Below are positions 40,423 through 50,167 of a DNA stretch of 57,654 nt, one piece after another. The notes beneath the pieces were generated by a model. The model saw only the letters and a list, made by a program, of their open reading frames with translations, had not been told where the DNA came from and did no database searches. Both the position numbers and the translations under genes were made by a program. The stretch is from contig CAYPSE010000001.1 in the NCBI GenBank assembly GCA_964413305.1, positions 1 to 57,654 of the forward strand, given 5' to 3'. This stretch comes from an uncultured Rubrivirga sp. (GTDB taxonomy: Bacteria > Actinomycetota > Actinomycetes > S36-B12). Within the stretch, counting starts at the first letter, position 1. Every line of letters starts with the position of its first letter.

Positions 40423-43344
40423 TCAGCCGCCAGCGCGTCGCGACTTGGCGCGCGTGCTCGATGCGCCTCCTGCGTCGCGGTTCGAGGCGGCGAGTCCGAG
40501 AAGCGGACGCAGGAAGGCCCCGGTGTGACTCTCGGCCACCTCCGCCACCTCCTCGGGGGTTCCGGTGGCCACGATGGTGCCTCCCCCGGATCCACCCTCG
40601 GGTCCCAGATCGATCACGTAGTCGGCCGACTTCACCACGTCGAGGTTGTGCTCGATCACGATTACCGTGTTGCCCTTGTCCACGAGGGATTGCAGAACAT
40701 CGAGCAGCTTGCGGATGTCCTCGAAGTGCAGACCCGTTGTCGGTTCGTCGAGGACGTAGACGGTCCGACCGGTCGATCGCTTCTGCAGTTCACTTGCCAA
40801 CTTGACACGCTGGGCCTCGCCGCCGGACAAAGTGGGCGCCGATTGACCCATGCGCACGTATCCCAACCCGACGTCCACGAGCGTGGCTAGGTGTCGGGCG
40901 ATCGCCGGAACCGCCGCGAAGAAGTCCAGGGCCTCCTCGATCGGCATGTCGAGGACCTCGGCGATCGTCTTGCCCTTGTAGTGGACCTCGAGCGTCTCGC
41001 GGTTGTATCGCGCACCGTGACACACCTCGCAGGGCACGTACACATCGGGAAGGAAGTTCATCTCGATCTTGATGGTGCCGTCGCCGGAGCAGGATTCGCA
41101 GCGGCCACCCTTGACGTTGAACGAGAAGCGGCCCGGCTGGTAACCGCGCACCTTCGCCTCAGGTGTGGCAGCGAACAACTTGCGGATGTGATCGAAAACG
41201 CCTGTGTAGGTGGCCGGGTTACTTCGGGGCGTACGACCGATAGGGCTTTGGTCGACATGCACCACCTTGTCGATCTCGTCGATGCCCTTGACGCTCGTGT
41301 GCTTGCCCGGAACCACTCGCGCGCCGTTGAGATCCCGTGCGAGGACGGCGTACAGGATGTCGTTCACCAACGTGGACTTTCCCGATCCGCTTACGCCGGT
41401 CACACACACGAAGTTGCCGAGCGGGAACGTGGCAGTCACGTTCTTCAAGTTGTGTTCCCGAGCGCCCGTTACGGTCACCCAGCCTCGATCTCGGGGGCGT
41501 CGCACCGCGGGCACCGCGATGGACCGACGCCCGGACAGGTACTGCCCCGTCATCGAATCCGGTGAAGCAAGAAGTTCCTCAACGGGGCCGTTGACCACGA
41601 TCTGCCCGCCGTGCTCCCCGGCGCCTGGGCCGATGTCGACCACCCAATCGGCAACGCGAATCGTGTCCTCGTCGTGTTCGACGACGATCAGCGTGTTGCC
41701 CAGATCCCGCAGACGGATGAGAGTCTCGATCAATCGATGATTATCGCGTTGGTGGAGTCCGATGCTGGGCTCATCGAGGACGTACAGCACACCCACCAAC
41801 CCCGAGCCGATCTGCGTTGCCAACCGGATGCGCTGCGCCTCACCACCGGCCAGGGTTCCCGCGGCCCGATCCAACGACAGATAGTGCAAGCCGACGTCCA
41901 CCAGGAACTGCAGACGCTCATTGACCTCCTTCAACACCCTCGAAGCGATGGCGGCGTCTCGTTCGGAGAGCGTGAGCTCGCGCAAAACGTCGGCGGCCTC
42001 CCCGATGGGAAGCGCAGCAACATCTGCAATGGACCGGTCGGCGATCGTCACGGCCAAGGAAAGCGGCTTGAGCCGCGAGCCTGAGCAGGCAAGACAGGGC
42101 ACTTCACGCATGTATCCCTCGAAGCGCTCCCGGGACGCATCCGTCTCCGCTTCAGCGTGCCGACGCTTGACGTAGGGAACGACGCCTTCGTACTCGGTGT
42201 AGTAGGAGCGTCGGCGTCCGTAGCGGTTGCGGTACTGCACGTGGATCTGACCGGGATAGCCGTTCAGGATCGTCTTTCGCGCTTTCGCAGGCAGTTTGCG
42301 CCATGGGGTGTCAACGTCCACCTCGAGTTCCTCGGCGATCGCCTCCAGCAACCGCGAGAAGTAGCCGGACACGGTGCCGCGCGACCAGGGCGAAATCGCT
42401 CCATCCGCCAAACTCAGATCCGGATCGGGAACCACGAGTTCCTCATCGACTTCGCGTTGTGTTCCAAGGCCCGAACACTCCGGACACGCACCGAAGGGTG
42501 AGTTGAACGAGAACGAACGTGGCTCGAGTTCTTCGAACGACAATCCATCGCGCGGGCACGCGAGGTGCTCGGAGTAGATGCGTTCGCGATCGGGGTCGGA
42601 TTCGTCCTTGTCCACGAAGTCCAACACGACATAGCCGTGCCCCATGCCCAGCGCCGTCTCGACACTGTCGGTCAGGCGGCGCCGCGACTCGGGGTTGACC
42701 GTCAATCGGTCCACGACCACTTCGACCGTGTGCTTCTCCTGCTTCTTCAGGCGGGGCACGTCCTCGAGTGCGTACACCACGCCATCCACCCGGACTCGGG
42801 AGAAGCCCTGCGTCTGAAGTTGACGGAAGAGCTCGCCGTACTCGCCCTTTCGCTCGCGCACGAGTGGCGCGAGCACCTGGAACTTCGTCTTGGCAGGGAG
42901 CTCGAGCACCTGATCCACGATCTGTTGGGGGGCCTGCCGACTGATCGGATCCCCGCATTCAGGGCAGTGCGGCTTGCCGATTCGTGCGTACAACAGACGC
43001 AGGTAGTCGTAAACCTCGGTGATCGTGCCGACCGTGGAACGCGGATTGCGCGAGGTGGACTTCTGGTCGATGGACACAGCGGGTGAGAGCCCCTCGATGA
43101 AGTCCACGTCCGGCTTGTCCATCTGGCCAAGGAACTGACGCGCGTAGGCCGACAGGCTCTCCACGTAGCGGCGCTGCCCCTCGGCGAAGATCGTGTCGAA
43201 GGCCAACGAGGACTTACCCGATCCCGACAGTCCGGTAAAGACGATGAGGGCATCGCGAGGCAACTCCAAGGAGACGTCCTTGAGGTTGTGCTCCCGCGCA
43301 CCGCGGACGACCAACTGGTCCCCGACCACAGTCGCCCCTTCCAT
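40423..43344 (-). CDS. uvrA: excinuclease ABC subunit A
   Basis: 973 aa: [48 protein letters not shown], zinc modules (CPECG, CPECSG) and a second ABC module ([10 protein letters not shown]...[12 protein letters not shown]). Confidence 0.97.
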   Translation of the reverse strand: MEGATVVGDQLVVRGAREHNLKDVSLELPRDALIVFTGLSGSGKSSLAFDTIFAEGQRRYVESLSAYARQFLGQMDKPDVDFIEGLSPAVSIDQKSTSRNPRSTVGTITEVYDYLRLLYARIGKPHCPECGDPISRQAPQQIVDQVLELPAKTKFQVLAPLVRERKGEYGELFRQLQTQGFSRVRVDGVVYALEDVPRLKKQEKHTVEVVVDRLTVNPESRRRLTDSVETALGMGHGYVVLDFVDKDESDPDRERIYSEHLACPRDGLSFEELEPRSFSFNSPFGACPECSGLGTQREVDEELVVPDPDLSLADGAISPWSRGTVSGYFSRLLEAIAEELEVDVDTPWRKLPAKARKTILNGYPGQIHVQYRNRYGRRRSYYTEYEGVVPYVKRRHAEAETDASRERFEGYMREVPCLACSGSRLKPLSLAVTIADRSIADVAALPIGEAADVLRELTLSERDAAIASRVLKEVNERLQFLVDVGLHYLSLDRAAGTLAGGEAQRIRLATQIGSGLVGVLYVLDEPSIGLHQRDNHRLIETLIRLRDLGNTLIVVEHDEDTIRVADWVVDIGPGAGEHGGQIVVNGPVEELLASPDSMTGQYLSGRRSIAVPAVRRPRDRGWVTVTGAREHNLKNVTATFPLGNFVCVTGVSGSGKSTLVNDILYAVLARDLNGARVVPGKHTSVKGIDEIDKVVHVDQSPIGRTPRSNPATYTGVFDHIRKLFAATPEAKVRGYQPGRFSFNVKGGRCESCSGDGTIKIEMNFLPDVYVPCEVCHGARYNRETLEVHYKGKTIAEVLDMPIEEALDFFAAVPAIARHLATLVDVGLGYVRMGQSAPTLSGGEAQRVKLASELQKRSTGRTVYVLDEPTTGLHFEDIRKLLDVLQSLVDKGNTVIVIEHNLDVVKSADYVIDLGPEGGSGGGTIVATGTPEEVAEVAESHTGAFLRPLLGLAASNRDAGGASSTRAKSRRAGG

Positions 43345-43361
43345 CGACTAGCCTCGCTATC

Positions 43362-44021
43362 GTGCCGGTCATGTACTCCGGACACGTCAGCGTAGGCGGT
43401 CCTGCGGGCGTTCGCGAACTCCCGCGGTTGACCATCAGCAAGTTGGCCGTGGGGCCGATGGACAACAACACCTACCTGCTGCGGTGTGCCGCTACCGGGG
43501 CCCAGGTGCTCATCGACGCCGCAGCGGAGCCGGACCGGATCATGGATCTGGTGGGTGCCGACGGGCTGGTCTCGATCATCACCACTCACCGGCATGCAGA
43601 CCACTGGGGTGCGTTGGCCGAGGTGCAACGGAGAACGGGCGCCCCGGTCTACGCGCATGCCGACGACGTTCCGGGCATCGACCTGCCGGTGGATCACCCG
43701 ATCCGTGAAGGCGAAGTCATCGTCTTCGGCCAGTGCGCGCTTTCGACCATCCACCTCGTCGGCCACACCCCCGGATCCCTGGTTCTGGGCTACGACGACC
43801 CCGCCGGCCACAACCACCTGTTCACCGGCGACTGCCTATTCCCCGGCGGTGTGGGCCGCACCTGGTCCGCAGACGACTTCGACTCGCTTTACGACGGTGT
43901 CGTCTCGAAAGTCTTCGACCGATACGACGACGAAACCTGGATCTACCCGGGCCACGGCGACGACACGATCCTCGGTGATGAACGCCCGCACCTCGACGAG
44001 TGGCGCGAACGTGGCTGGTGA
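43362..44021 (+). CDS. MBL-fold metallo-hydrolase (glyoxalase II-like)
   Basis: 219 aa: NTYLL......AQVLIDAA...IITTHRHADHWGAL...GHTPGS...GDCLFPGGVG. GTG at 43362 or ATG at 43371. Divergent from uvrA. Confidence 0.85.
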   Translation: MPVMYSGHVSVGGPAGVRELPRLTISKLAVGPMDNNTYLLRCAATGAQVLIDAAAEPDRIMDLVGADGLVSIITTHRHADHWGALAEVQRRTGAPVYAHADDVPGIDLPVDHPIREGEVIVFGQCALSTIHLVGHTPGSLVLGYDDPAGHNHLFTGDCLFPGGVGRTWSADDFDSLYDGVVSKVFDRYDDETWIYPGHGDDTILGDERPHLDEWRERGW

Positions 44022-44076
44022 GATCGCGGCAAGTGGGTCGACCGAGCCCCACGACACAGGCAGCGACGCAACCTTC

Positions 44077-44937
44077 ATGGACCGCGTCTGGACGATGCTC
44101 ACAAACCGGCATGCCGATCCGCAGAAGCCCAAACAAGTCCGTGCGGCAAAGCGGCTGAACAGCTACGAGACCAAGACGGCGTGGACGATGGTGGTCCTAT
44201 CAATCGTCTACCTTGTCTTGTACTCCTTCTACGTCCTCGAGCCCGATCTCAACGACTCCCAGCGATCGCTCCTCAACATCGGCATGAACACCATCTGGAT
44301 CATTTTCATCGCCGATCTGCTTATTCGCGCGCTCCTCGCCCCTCACTTCTTCGCGTACCTGGTTCATCACCCGATCGATGTCATCGCCGTCGCAATTCCG
44401 GCGTTCCGAGTGCTTCGCGTGCTTCGGGTACTGACCGCTGGACAGTGGTTGATCAGCCGCGGCAGCCGTCTGCGATTTGGGCGCACTGCCACCGCTGTGG
44501 TCATCGCCGTCATCTTCGTGATGTACCTGAGCTCCCTGGCCGTCCTCAACGCAGAACGCGGCGCGCCCGGTGCCAAGATCGAGGACTTTCCCGATGCGCT
44601 GTGGTGGTCGATCGTGACGATGTCGACCGTGGGGTACGGCGAGTACTACCCCGTTACGACCGATGGCCGCATCATCGCCGCTGGCGTCATGGTCGTCGGC
44701 ATCTCGCTCCTTGGCTTGGTCGGGGCCTCACTGGCCTCGTCGGTCATCTCCCGCCTCAGTGGCCAGGCGCTGCAGGGCCAAGGGGAGGTTCGGGCCCAGG
44801 TTCTAGCCCTGACCAACGAGATATCGGCCCTTCGCCAGGAACTAGCCGACGCCGGGCTCCTCACTCGGCGCGCTCCTCGGGAGGATTCGTCAAGCGACCA
44901 GCATGGGCCACCGCAGTCGGGTCCTGCCGCGTCTTGA
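44077..44937 (+). CDS. voltage-gated-type (6TM) potassium channel
   Basis: S4 with arginines every third residue (AFRVLRVLRVLTAGQWLISRGSRLRFGR), selectivity filter WWSIVTMSTVGYGEYYP and a C-terminal coiled coil. The start is uncertain: ATG at 44077 or GTG at 44011. The track ORF from 43486 overlaps the MBL gene out of frame. Confidence 0.8.
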   Translation: MDRVWTMLTNRHADPQKPKQVRAAKRLNSYETKTAWTMVVLSIVYLVLYSFYVLEPDLNDSQRSLLNIGMNTIWIIFIADLLIRALLAPHFFAYLVHHPIDVIAVAIPAFRVLRVLRVLTAGQWLISRGSRLRFGRTATAVVIAVIFVMYLSSLAVLNAERGAPGAKIEDFPDALWWSIVTMSTVGYGEYYPVTTDGRIIAAGVMVVGISLLGLVGASLASSVISRLSGQALQGQGEVRAQVLALTNEISALRQELADAGLLTRRAPREDSSSDQHGPPQSGPAAS

Positions 44938-45856
44938 TCCACGAGGCGACCGCCACCACGATCAGAACCAACGCGATGAAGGCGAGACTCCACGCGGTAT
45001 CGATCTTGGGCACCGTGTCGGGGAACACCTCATGGAAGTAGGTAAGGATCAGCTTCACGCCGATGAAGATCAAGATCACCGACAGGCCCGTGGATAGGTA
45101 GATGAGCTTGTCCAGCAGACCCTTGAGTAGGAAGTACAGCGCACGCAAGCCGAGCAGGGCGAAGGCATTGGCGGCGAAGACCAGATACGGCTCCTGGGTC
45201 ACGCCGAACGTCGCGGGAATGGAATCCAAAGCGAAGAGCAGGTCCGTGCCACCGATGGCCACCATTACCAGGAGCAGCGGCGTGGCGACCTTGACTCCGT
45301 CGATGCGGGTGAACAACTTGGTTCCGTCGTAGTCGTCGGAGAACCGGAATCGTCGTCGGACGTTGCGAATGATGATGTTGTCCATCGGATCGGGATCTTC
45401 GTTCCGGTGCCGCATCAATTGCACACCGGTCCACAGCAGTAGCGCCCCGAAGAGCACGAAGGTGAAGGCGAAGACAGATATCGCCGCCGCCCCGATGGCG
45501 ATGAAGATCGCCCGCATGAACAATGCCAGGACCACTCCCACGAGCAGCACGCGCTGATGCAGATTGGAGGGTGTTTTGAACTGGGTCAAGATGATGATGA
45601 AGACGAAGAGGTTGTCCACGCTGAGCGACTTCTCGACCAGGTAGGCGGTGAAGTACTGCGTACCGAAGGCCGAACCGGCACTGCTCCACACCCACACGCC
45701 GAATGCGATGGCCACGCCGATGTAGAAGACGCTCCACAAGACCGCCTCCTTGAACATCACATCGTGCGGCTTCCGGCTGACGGTCACGAAATCCATGACG
45801 ATCAGCAACGCGATGCCACCGAGCGTGATGGCCCACAATGAGAGTGGAACGTCCAC
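44861..45856 (-). CDS. TerC family integral membrane protein
   Basis: 331 aa, about 9 TM helices: FKEAVLWSVFYIGVAIAFG...YLVEKSLSVDNLFVF...GGTDLLFALDSIPA. GTG start. Confidence 0.85.
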   Translation of the reverse strand: MDVPLSLWAITLGGIALLIVMDFVTVSRKPHDVMFKEAVLWSVFYIGVAIAFGVWVWSSAGSAFGTQYFTAYLVEKSLSVDNLFVFIIILTQFKTPSNLHQRVLLVGVVLALFMRAIFIAIGAAAISVFAFTFVLFGALLLWTGVQLMRHRNEDPDPMDNIIIRNVRRRFRFSDDYDGTKLFTRIDGVKVATPLLLVMVAIGGTDLLFALDSIPATFGVTQEPYLVFAANAFALLGLRALYFLLKGLLDKLIYLSTGLSVILIFIGVKLILTYFHEVFPDTVPKIDTAWSLAFIALVLIVVAVASWIKTRQDPTAVAHAGRLTNPPEERAE

Positions 45857-45946
45857 GTTTCCCGCTTCCTTGACCTTCTCGGATTGCCCGAACGTCTCGA
45901 ATTTTCCTAACGTCGCCGTCCCCGATCGCGGGGGGCGCAGCGAATG

Positions 45947-48010
45947 CTAGGTGGTCGCCTCGCGCATCGAGCGCAATTCGGCCTTCAATTCCCGCATCTC
46001 GTCGCGGATCCGGGCCGCCAGTTCGAACTGGAGGTCGGCCGCTGCCTGATGCATCTGGTTTGTGAGTTGCTCGATCAGACTCACCAGGTCCCCTTCGGCC
46101 ATCGATGCCGTGCGACGGACCGGAGTCGGGGTCGACGTCGATGCCGGCCCGATCAGCGCTTCGGTATCGGCCTCTTCGCGGACCAGGAGATCGGTGATGT
46201 CTGCGATCCGCTTACGTAACGGTTGGGGATCGATGCCCCGCTCGGTGTTGTAGGCAACCTGCTTGGCTCGGCGGCGGTTAGTCTCATCGATCGCCTGACG
46301 CATCGACGGGGTGATGGTGTCGGCGTACATGTGCACCTGGCCGGAGACGTTGCGTGCAGCACGGCCGATGGTCTGGATGAGCGAGGTTTCCGAGCGCAGG
46401 AACCCCTCCTTGTCCGCATCGAGGATCGCCACCAGGGAGACCTCGGGCAGGTCCAGACCCTCGCGCAGCAGGTTGATGCCCACGAGTACGTCGAACACGC
46501 CAGCGCGCAATTCCCGCAATAGCTCGACCCGGCGCAGTGTGTCCACTTCGGAGTGCAGGTATTGGACGCGAATCCCATGTTCGGCCAGATAGTCCGTGAG
46601 ATCCTCGGCCATGCGCTTGGTGAGCGTCGTCACCAAGGAGCGCTCGCCGCGCTCGGCACGCGTCCTGACTTCGTGCATGAGGTCGTCGATCTGTCCATCC
46701 GTTGGCTTGACCACGATCTCCGGGTCGACCAGACCGGTGGGCCTGATGACCTGTTCGACCACGTCCCCTTCCACCTTGCCCAACTCATACGGACCCGGCG
46801 TAGCCGACAGGTACACGGCCTGGCCGATGCGCTCGGTGAACTCATCCCACTTCAACGGACGATTGTCGAGCGCCGACGGCAACCGGAACCCGTGCTCCAC
46901 CAGAGTCCGCTTACGTGACATGTCGCCTTCGTACATCGCGCCGATTTGCGGCACGGTCACATGCGACTCATCGATCACCAACAGGAAATCCTCGGGGAAG
47001 TAATCCAGCAGACAGTTGGGTGCCGAACCCGCCGGTCGATCGTCGATATGGCGCGAATAGTTCTCGATACCCGAGCAGCTGCCGACCTGCCGCATCATCT
47101 CGACGTCGTACGTGGTGCGCATGCGCAAGCGCTGCGCTTCGAGCAACTTGCCCTGGGATTCGAGTTCGGCAAGCCGGGTCTGCAGCTCGGCTTCTATGCC
47201 CGCGATAGCGCGCTCCATTCGCTCCGGGCCAGCCACGTAATGCGACGCAGGGAAGATGTACATCTCCTGGTCCTCGGTCAGGATCTCCCCCGTCACCGGG
47301 TGCAGCGTCATGAGTCGTTCGATTTCGTCCCCGAACATCTCGATGCGCACAGGGTGCTCCTCGTACATGGGGAAGACCTCGATGGTGTCGCCCCGTACCC
47401 GAAAGGTGCCGCGCTCGAAGGAGATGTCGTTGCGGGCGTACTGGATGTCCACAAATCGGCGCAGGAGAGCGTCTCGCTCGAGTTCCTCCCCCACTCGTAG
47501 CCGCACCATTCGGTCCACGTATTCCTGCGGTGTTCCCAAGCCGTAGATCGCCGACACGGACGCCACTACCAGGACATCCCGCCGGGTCAACAGTGAGTTG
47601 GTCGCCGAGTGCCGCAGCCGCTCGACTTCCTCGTTGATGGAGGAGTCCTTCTCGATGTAGGTGTCGGTTTGTGGAACGTAGGCCTCGGGTTGGTAGTAGT
47701 CGTAATAGGAGACGAAGTACTCGACCGCGTTGTTCGGGAGCAACTCACGGAACTCGGTTGCCAACTGCGCCGCCAGCGTCTTGTTCGGCGCCATGACCAA
47801 AGTGGGCCGTTGCAAGCGCTCCACCAGCCACGCAGTTGTCGCGGATTTGCCGGTGCCCGTGGCCCCGAGCAGAACCGCATGCTGATCGCCGGATTCGATC
47901 CGTCGAGCTAGTTCCTCGATCGCCTGCGGCTGATCCCCCGACGGTTTGAAGTCGGAGACGACCTCGAAGGGTGCAACCGTGCGCTGCAGGTCGGTGATGG
48001 GCCGCGTCAT
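45947..48010 (-). CDS. uvrB: excinuclease ABC subunit B
   Basis: [18 protein letters not shown]......G...[11 protein letters not shown]...DESHVT.PQ...[30 protein letters not shown], with a C-terminal UVR ([10 protein letters not shown]). The ATG at 48010 gives an ATGA overlap with the coaE stop. The track start is 48031. Confidence 0.95.
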   Translation of the reverse strand: MTRPITDLQRTVAPFEVVSDFKPSGDQPQAIEELARRIESGDQHAVLLGATGTGKSATTAWLVERLQRPTLVMAPNKTLAAQLATEFRELLPNNAVEYFVSYYDYYQPEAYVPQTDTYIEKDSSINEEVERLRHSATNSLLTRRDVLVVASVSAIYGLGTPQEYVDRMVRLRVGEELERDALLRRFVDIQYARNDISFERGTFRVRGDTIEVFPMYEEHPVRIEMFGDEIERLMTLHPVTGEILTEDQEMYIFPASHYVAGPERMERAIAGIEAELQTRLAELESQGKLLEAQRLRMRTTYDVEMMRQVGSCSGIENYSRHIDDRPAGSAPNCLLDYFPEDFLLVIDESHVTVPQIGAMYEGDMSRKRTLVEHGFRLPSALDNRPLKWDEFTERIGQAVYLSATPGPYELGKVEGDVVEQVIRPTGLVDPEIVVKPTDGQIDDLMHEVRTRAERGERSLVTTLTKRMAEDLTDYLAEHGIRVQYLHSEVDTLRRVELLRELRAGVFDVLVGINLLREGLDLPEVSLVAILDADKEGFLRSETSLIQTIGRAARNVSGQVHMYADTITPSMRQAIDETNRRRAKQVAYNTERGIDPQPLRKRIADITDLLVREEADTEALIGPASTSTPTPVRRTASMAEGDLVSLIEQLTNQMHQAAADLQFELAARIRDEMRELKAELRSMREATT

Positions 48011-48594
48011 GTCTGCATCCACGTGGCCCACAGCGAGTCGACCTGCGCCTGCGTGTTCTCGAGTCCGGCGGAATTGTCGATCACGTGGTCTGCAGCTTCC
48101 AGCCGGCGCTGCCGGGATGCCTGGCGAGTCATCCGCTGGCGGACGTCCGCTTCCTCCAGGCCACGGGCCACTGCGCGCTGCACCTGGACATCCTCGGGGA
48201 CATCCACGACGACCACGATGTCCACAAGCGACACCTGTCCGGTCTCCACCAGCAGCGGCATCTCGTATACGACGACGGCCCCCGACGCTTCACCCCGCTG
48301 GAGTTCGGTTTCAGCGAGCTCGCGAATGGCCGGGTGCGTGATCTCGTTCAGGTGTCGAGTCTTTCGTTCGTCGACGAAGGCCCGTTCGGCCAGTAGTCCA
48401 CGGTTCAACGAACCATCGGACGAGACGATATCGGCGCCGAACTCCTCTGCCAGCCGAGCGAGCACCGGGGAGCCCGGCTCAACGATCACTCGAGACAGTC
48501 GATCGGCATCGACCACGATTGCGCCGTTGCGAGCCAGCATGCTGGCAACAGTGGACTTACCCGAGCCGATTCCTCCGGTCAGCCCGATGCGCAC
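48007..48594 (-). CDS. coaE: dephospho-CoA kinase (short form, no C-terminal extension)
   Basis: 195 aa: [28 protein letters not shown]...E.PLL.E. Confidence 0.9.
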   Translation of the reverse strand: MRIGLTGGIGSGKSTVASMLARNGAIVVDADRLSRVIVEPGSPVLARLAEEFGADIVSSDGSLNRGLLAERAFVDERKTRHLNEITHPAIRELAETELQRGEASGAVVVYEMPLLVETGQVSLVDIVVVVDVPEDVQVQRAVARGLEEADVRQRMTRQASRQRRLEAADHVIDNSAGLENTQAQVDSLWATWMQT

Positions 48595-48601
48595 CTGGTG
48601 G

Positions 48602-50068
48602 CTACTCGCTGGTTAGTTTGTCGCGCAACGCCTGGAGTGCCTCATCCGACGCGAGGGAGCCTTCGGCCTCGGCAGACTCGGACGAGTAGCTCGTCGCCTC
48701 ACCGGTCTCCACCGCGGCCGCCTGATCGGCTTCCTGGGCCTCGGACATCTGCTTGCGGTGCGCTTCCCATCGGGCGTGAGCGTCGGCGTACTCCTGCTCC
48801 CACGCAGCGCGCTGATCCTCGAAGCCGGCCTTCCATTCGCCGGTCTCCGGATCGAAGCCGTCCGGACCGATGTAGTTGCCAGCTTCGTCGAACGCTGGGG
48901 CCATGCCGTACAGATACGGATCGAACTCCTCCGAACCCTGGGTATCGCCCGAATCGTTGGCCTGCTTGAGCGACAGCGAGATTCGGCGACGCTCGAGGTC
49001 GATGTCGATGACCTTGACGAAGAGTTCGTCGCCCACCTGCACGATCTGCTCGGGCAGTTCGATGTGCCGCTCGGCGAGTTCGGAGATGTGCACCAGCCCC
49101 TCGATGCCCTCGTCCACACGCACGAACGCGCCGAAGGGAACCAACTTGGTGACCTTGCCCGATACGACCTGGTTCAACTGGTGCGTGCGAGCGAAGTGCT
49201 GCCACGGGTCTTCCTGGGTTGCCTTCAAGGACAGCGAAACGCGCTCGCGGTCCATGTCCACGTCGAGCACCTCGACGGTGACCTCCTGGCCCACCTCGAC
49301 GACCTCGGATGGGTGGTCGATGTGCTTCCACGACAGCTCCGAAACGTGCACCAGGCCGTCCACACCACCGAGATCGACGAACGCGCCGAAGTTGACGATG
49401 CTCGAGACCACTCCGGAGCGGATCTGCCCCTTTTGCAGCTGCGTCAAGAAGGTCTGGCGGACCTCGGACTGCGTCTGCTCGAGCCAGGCCCGGCGCGAGA
49501 GCACCACGTTGTTGCGATTCTTGTCCAGTTCGATGATCTTGGCCTCGAGGGTCTTGCCCACGTAGGGCTGCAGATCGCGCACGCGGCGCATCTCCACCAG
49601 CGACGCCGGCAGGAAGCCGCGCAAACCGATGTCCAGGATGAGACCACCCTTCACGACCTCGATGACCTGGCCCTCGACCACGCCGTCCTCATCCTTGACC
49701 TTCTCGATGGTGCCCCAGGCGCGCTCGTACTGCGCACGCTTCTTGGACAAGATCAAGCGGCCCTCCTTGTCCTCCTTCTGGAGAACCAGGGCCTCGACCG
49801 AATCACCGACTCCCACGACCTCGCTGGGATCGACGTCGTGCTTGATGGACAGCTCGCGTGAGGGGATCACGCCCTCGGTCTTGTAGCCGATATCGAGGAG
49901 GACTTCGTCGCGGTCCACCTTGACGATGGTGCCTTCGACGATGTCGCCGTCGTTGAAGTACTTGATGGTCTCGTCGATTGCGGCGAGGAAGTCATCGGCC
50001 GAGCCGATGTCGTTGATGGCCACCTGGGCCGGAGCAGCAGAAGGGGCGGAGGTCGTAGGAACAGTCAT
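48602..50068 (-). CDS. rpsA: 30S ribosomal protein S1
   Basis: 488 aa with four S1 repeats (GDIVEGTIVKVDRDEVLLDIGYKTEGVIP; GQVIEVVKGGLILDIGLRGFLPAS; SGVVSSIVNFGAFVDLGGVDGLVHVSELS; SGKVTKLVPFGAFVRVDEGIEGLVHISEL). Confidence 0.97.
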   Translation of the reverse strand: MTVPTTSAPSAAPAQVAINDIGSADDFLAAIDETIKYFNDGDIVEGTIVKVDRDEVLLDIGYKTEGVIPSRELSIKHDVDPSEVVGVGDSVEALVLQKEDKEGRLILSKKRAQYERAWGTIEKVKDEDGVVEGQVIEVVKGGLILDIGLRGFLPASLVEMRRVRDLQPYVGKTLEAKIIELDKNRNNVVLSRRAWLEQTQSEVRQTFLTQLQKGQIRSGVVSSIVNFGAFVDLGGVDGLVHVSELSWKHIDHPSEVVEVGQEVTVEVLDVDMDRERVSLSLKATQEDPWQHFARTHQLNQVVSGKVTKLVPFGAFVRVDEGIEGLVHISELAERHIELPEQIVQVGDELFVKVIDIDLERRRISLSLKQANDSGDTQGSEEFDPYLYGMAPAFDEAGNYIGPDGFDPETGEWKAGFEDQRAAWEQEYADAHARWEAHRKQMSEAQEADQAAAVETGEATSYSSESAEAEGSLASDEALQALRDKLTSE

Positions 50069-50167
50069 GTAGTGGGGAATCCGATGCGTCGTGGTCGTAT
50101 CCAGCGGTTGCTGGGCCCCTCAAGGGTACGGGAGCCTTCTCGACTCCCCTACCGCGGGTCGCCCGAG

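Noticed and set aside
43410-43419. GTTCGCGAAC palindrome near the uvrA upstream region, considered as a LexA/SOS box
   Set aside because: The half-site order and spacing do not match the actinobacterial LexA box (GAAC-N4-GTTC core), and it lies inside the MBL coding sequence. No good box was seen upstream of uvrB or uvrC either.
45857-45946. Possible yybP-ykoY (Mn2+) riboswitch upstream of the TerC gene
   Set aside because: Only 90 nt separate the uvrB stop and the TerC start, and I could not find the conserved yybP-ykoY core. The one imperfect GC hairpin (CGCCCCCCGCGATCGGGGACGGCG on the minus strand) is more simply a weak uvrB terminator.
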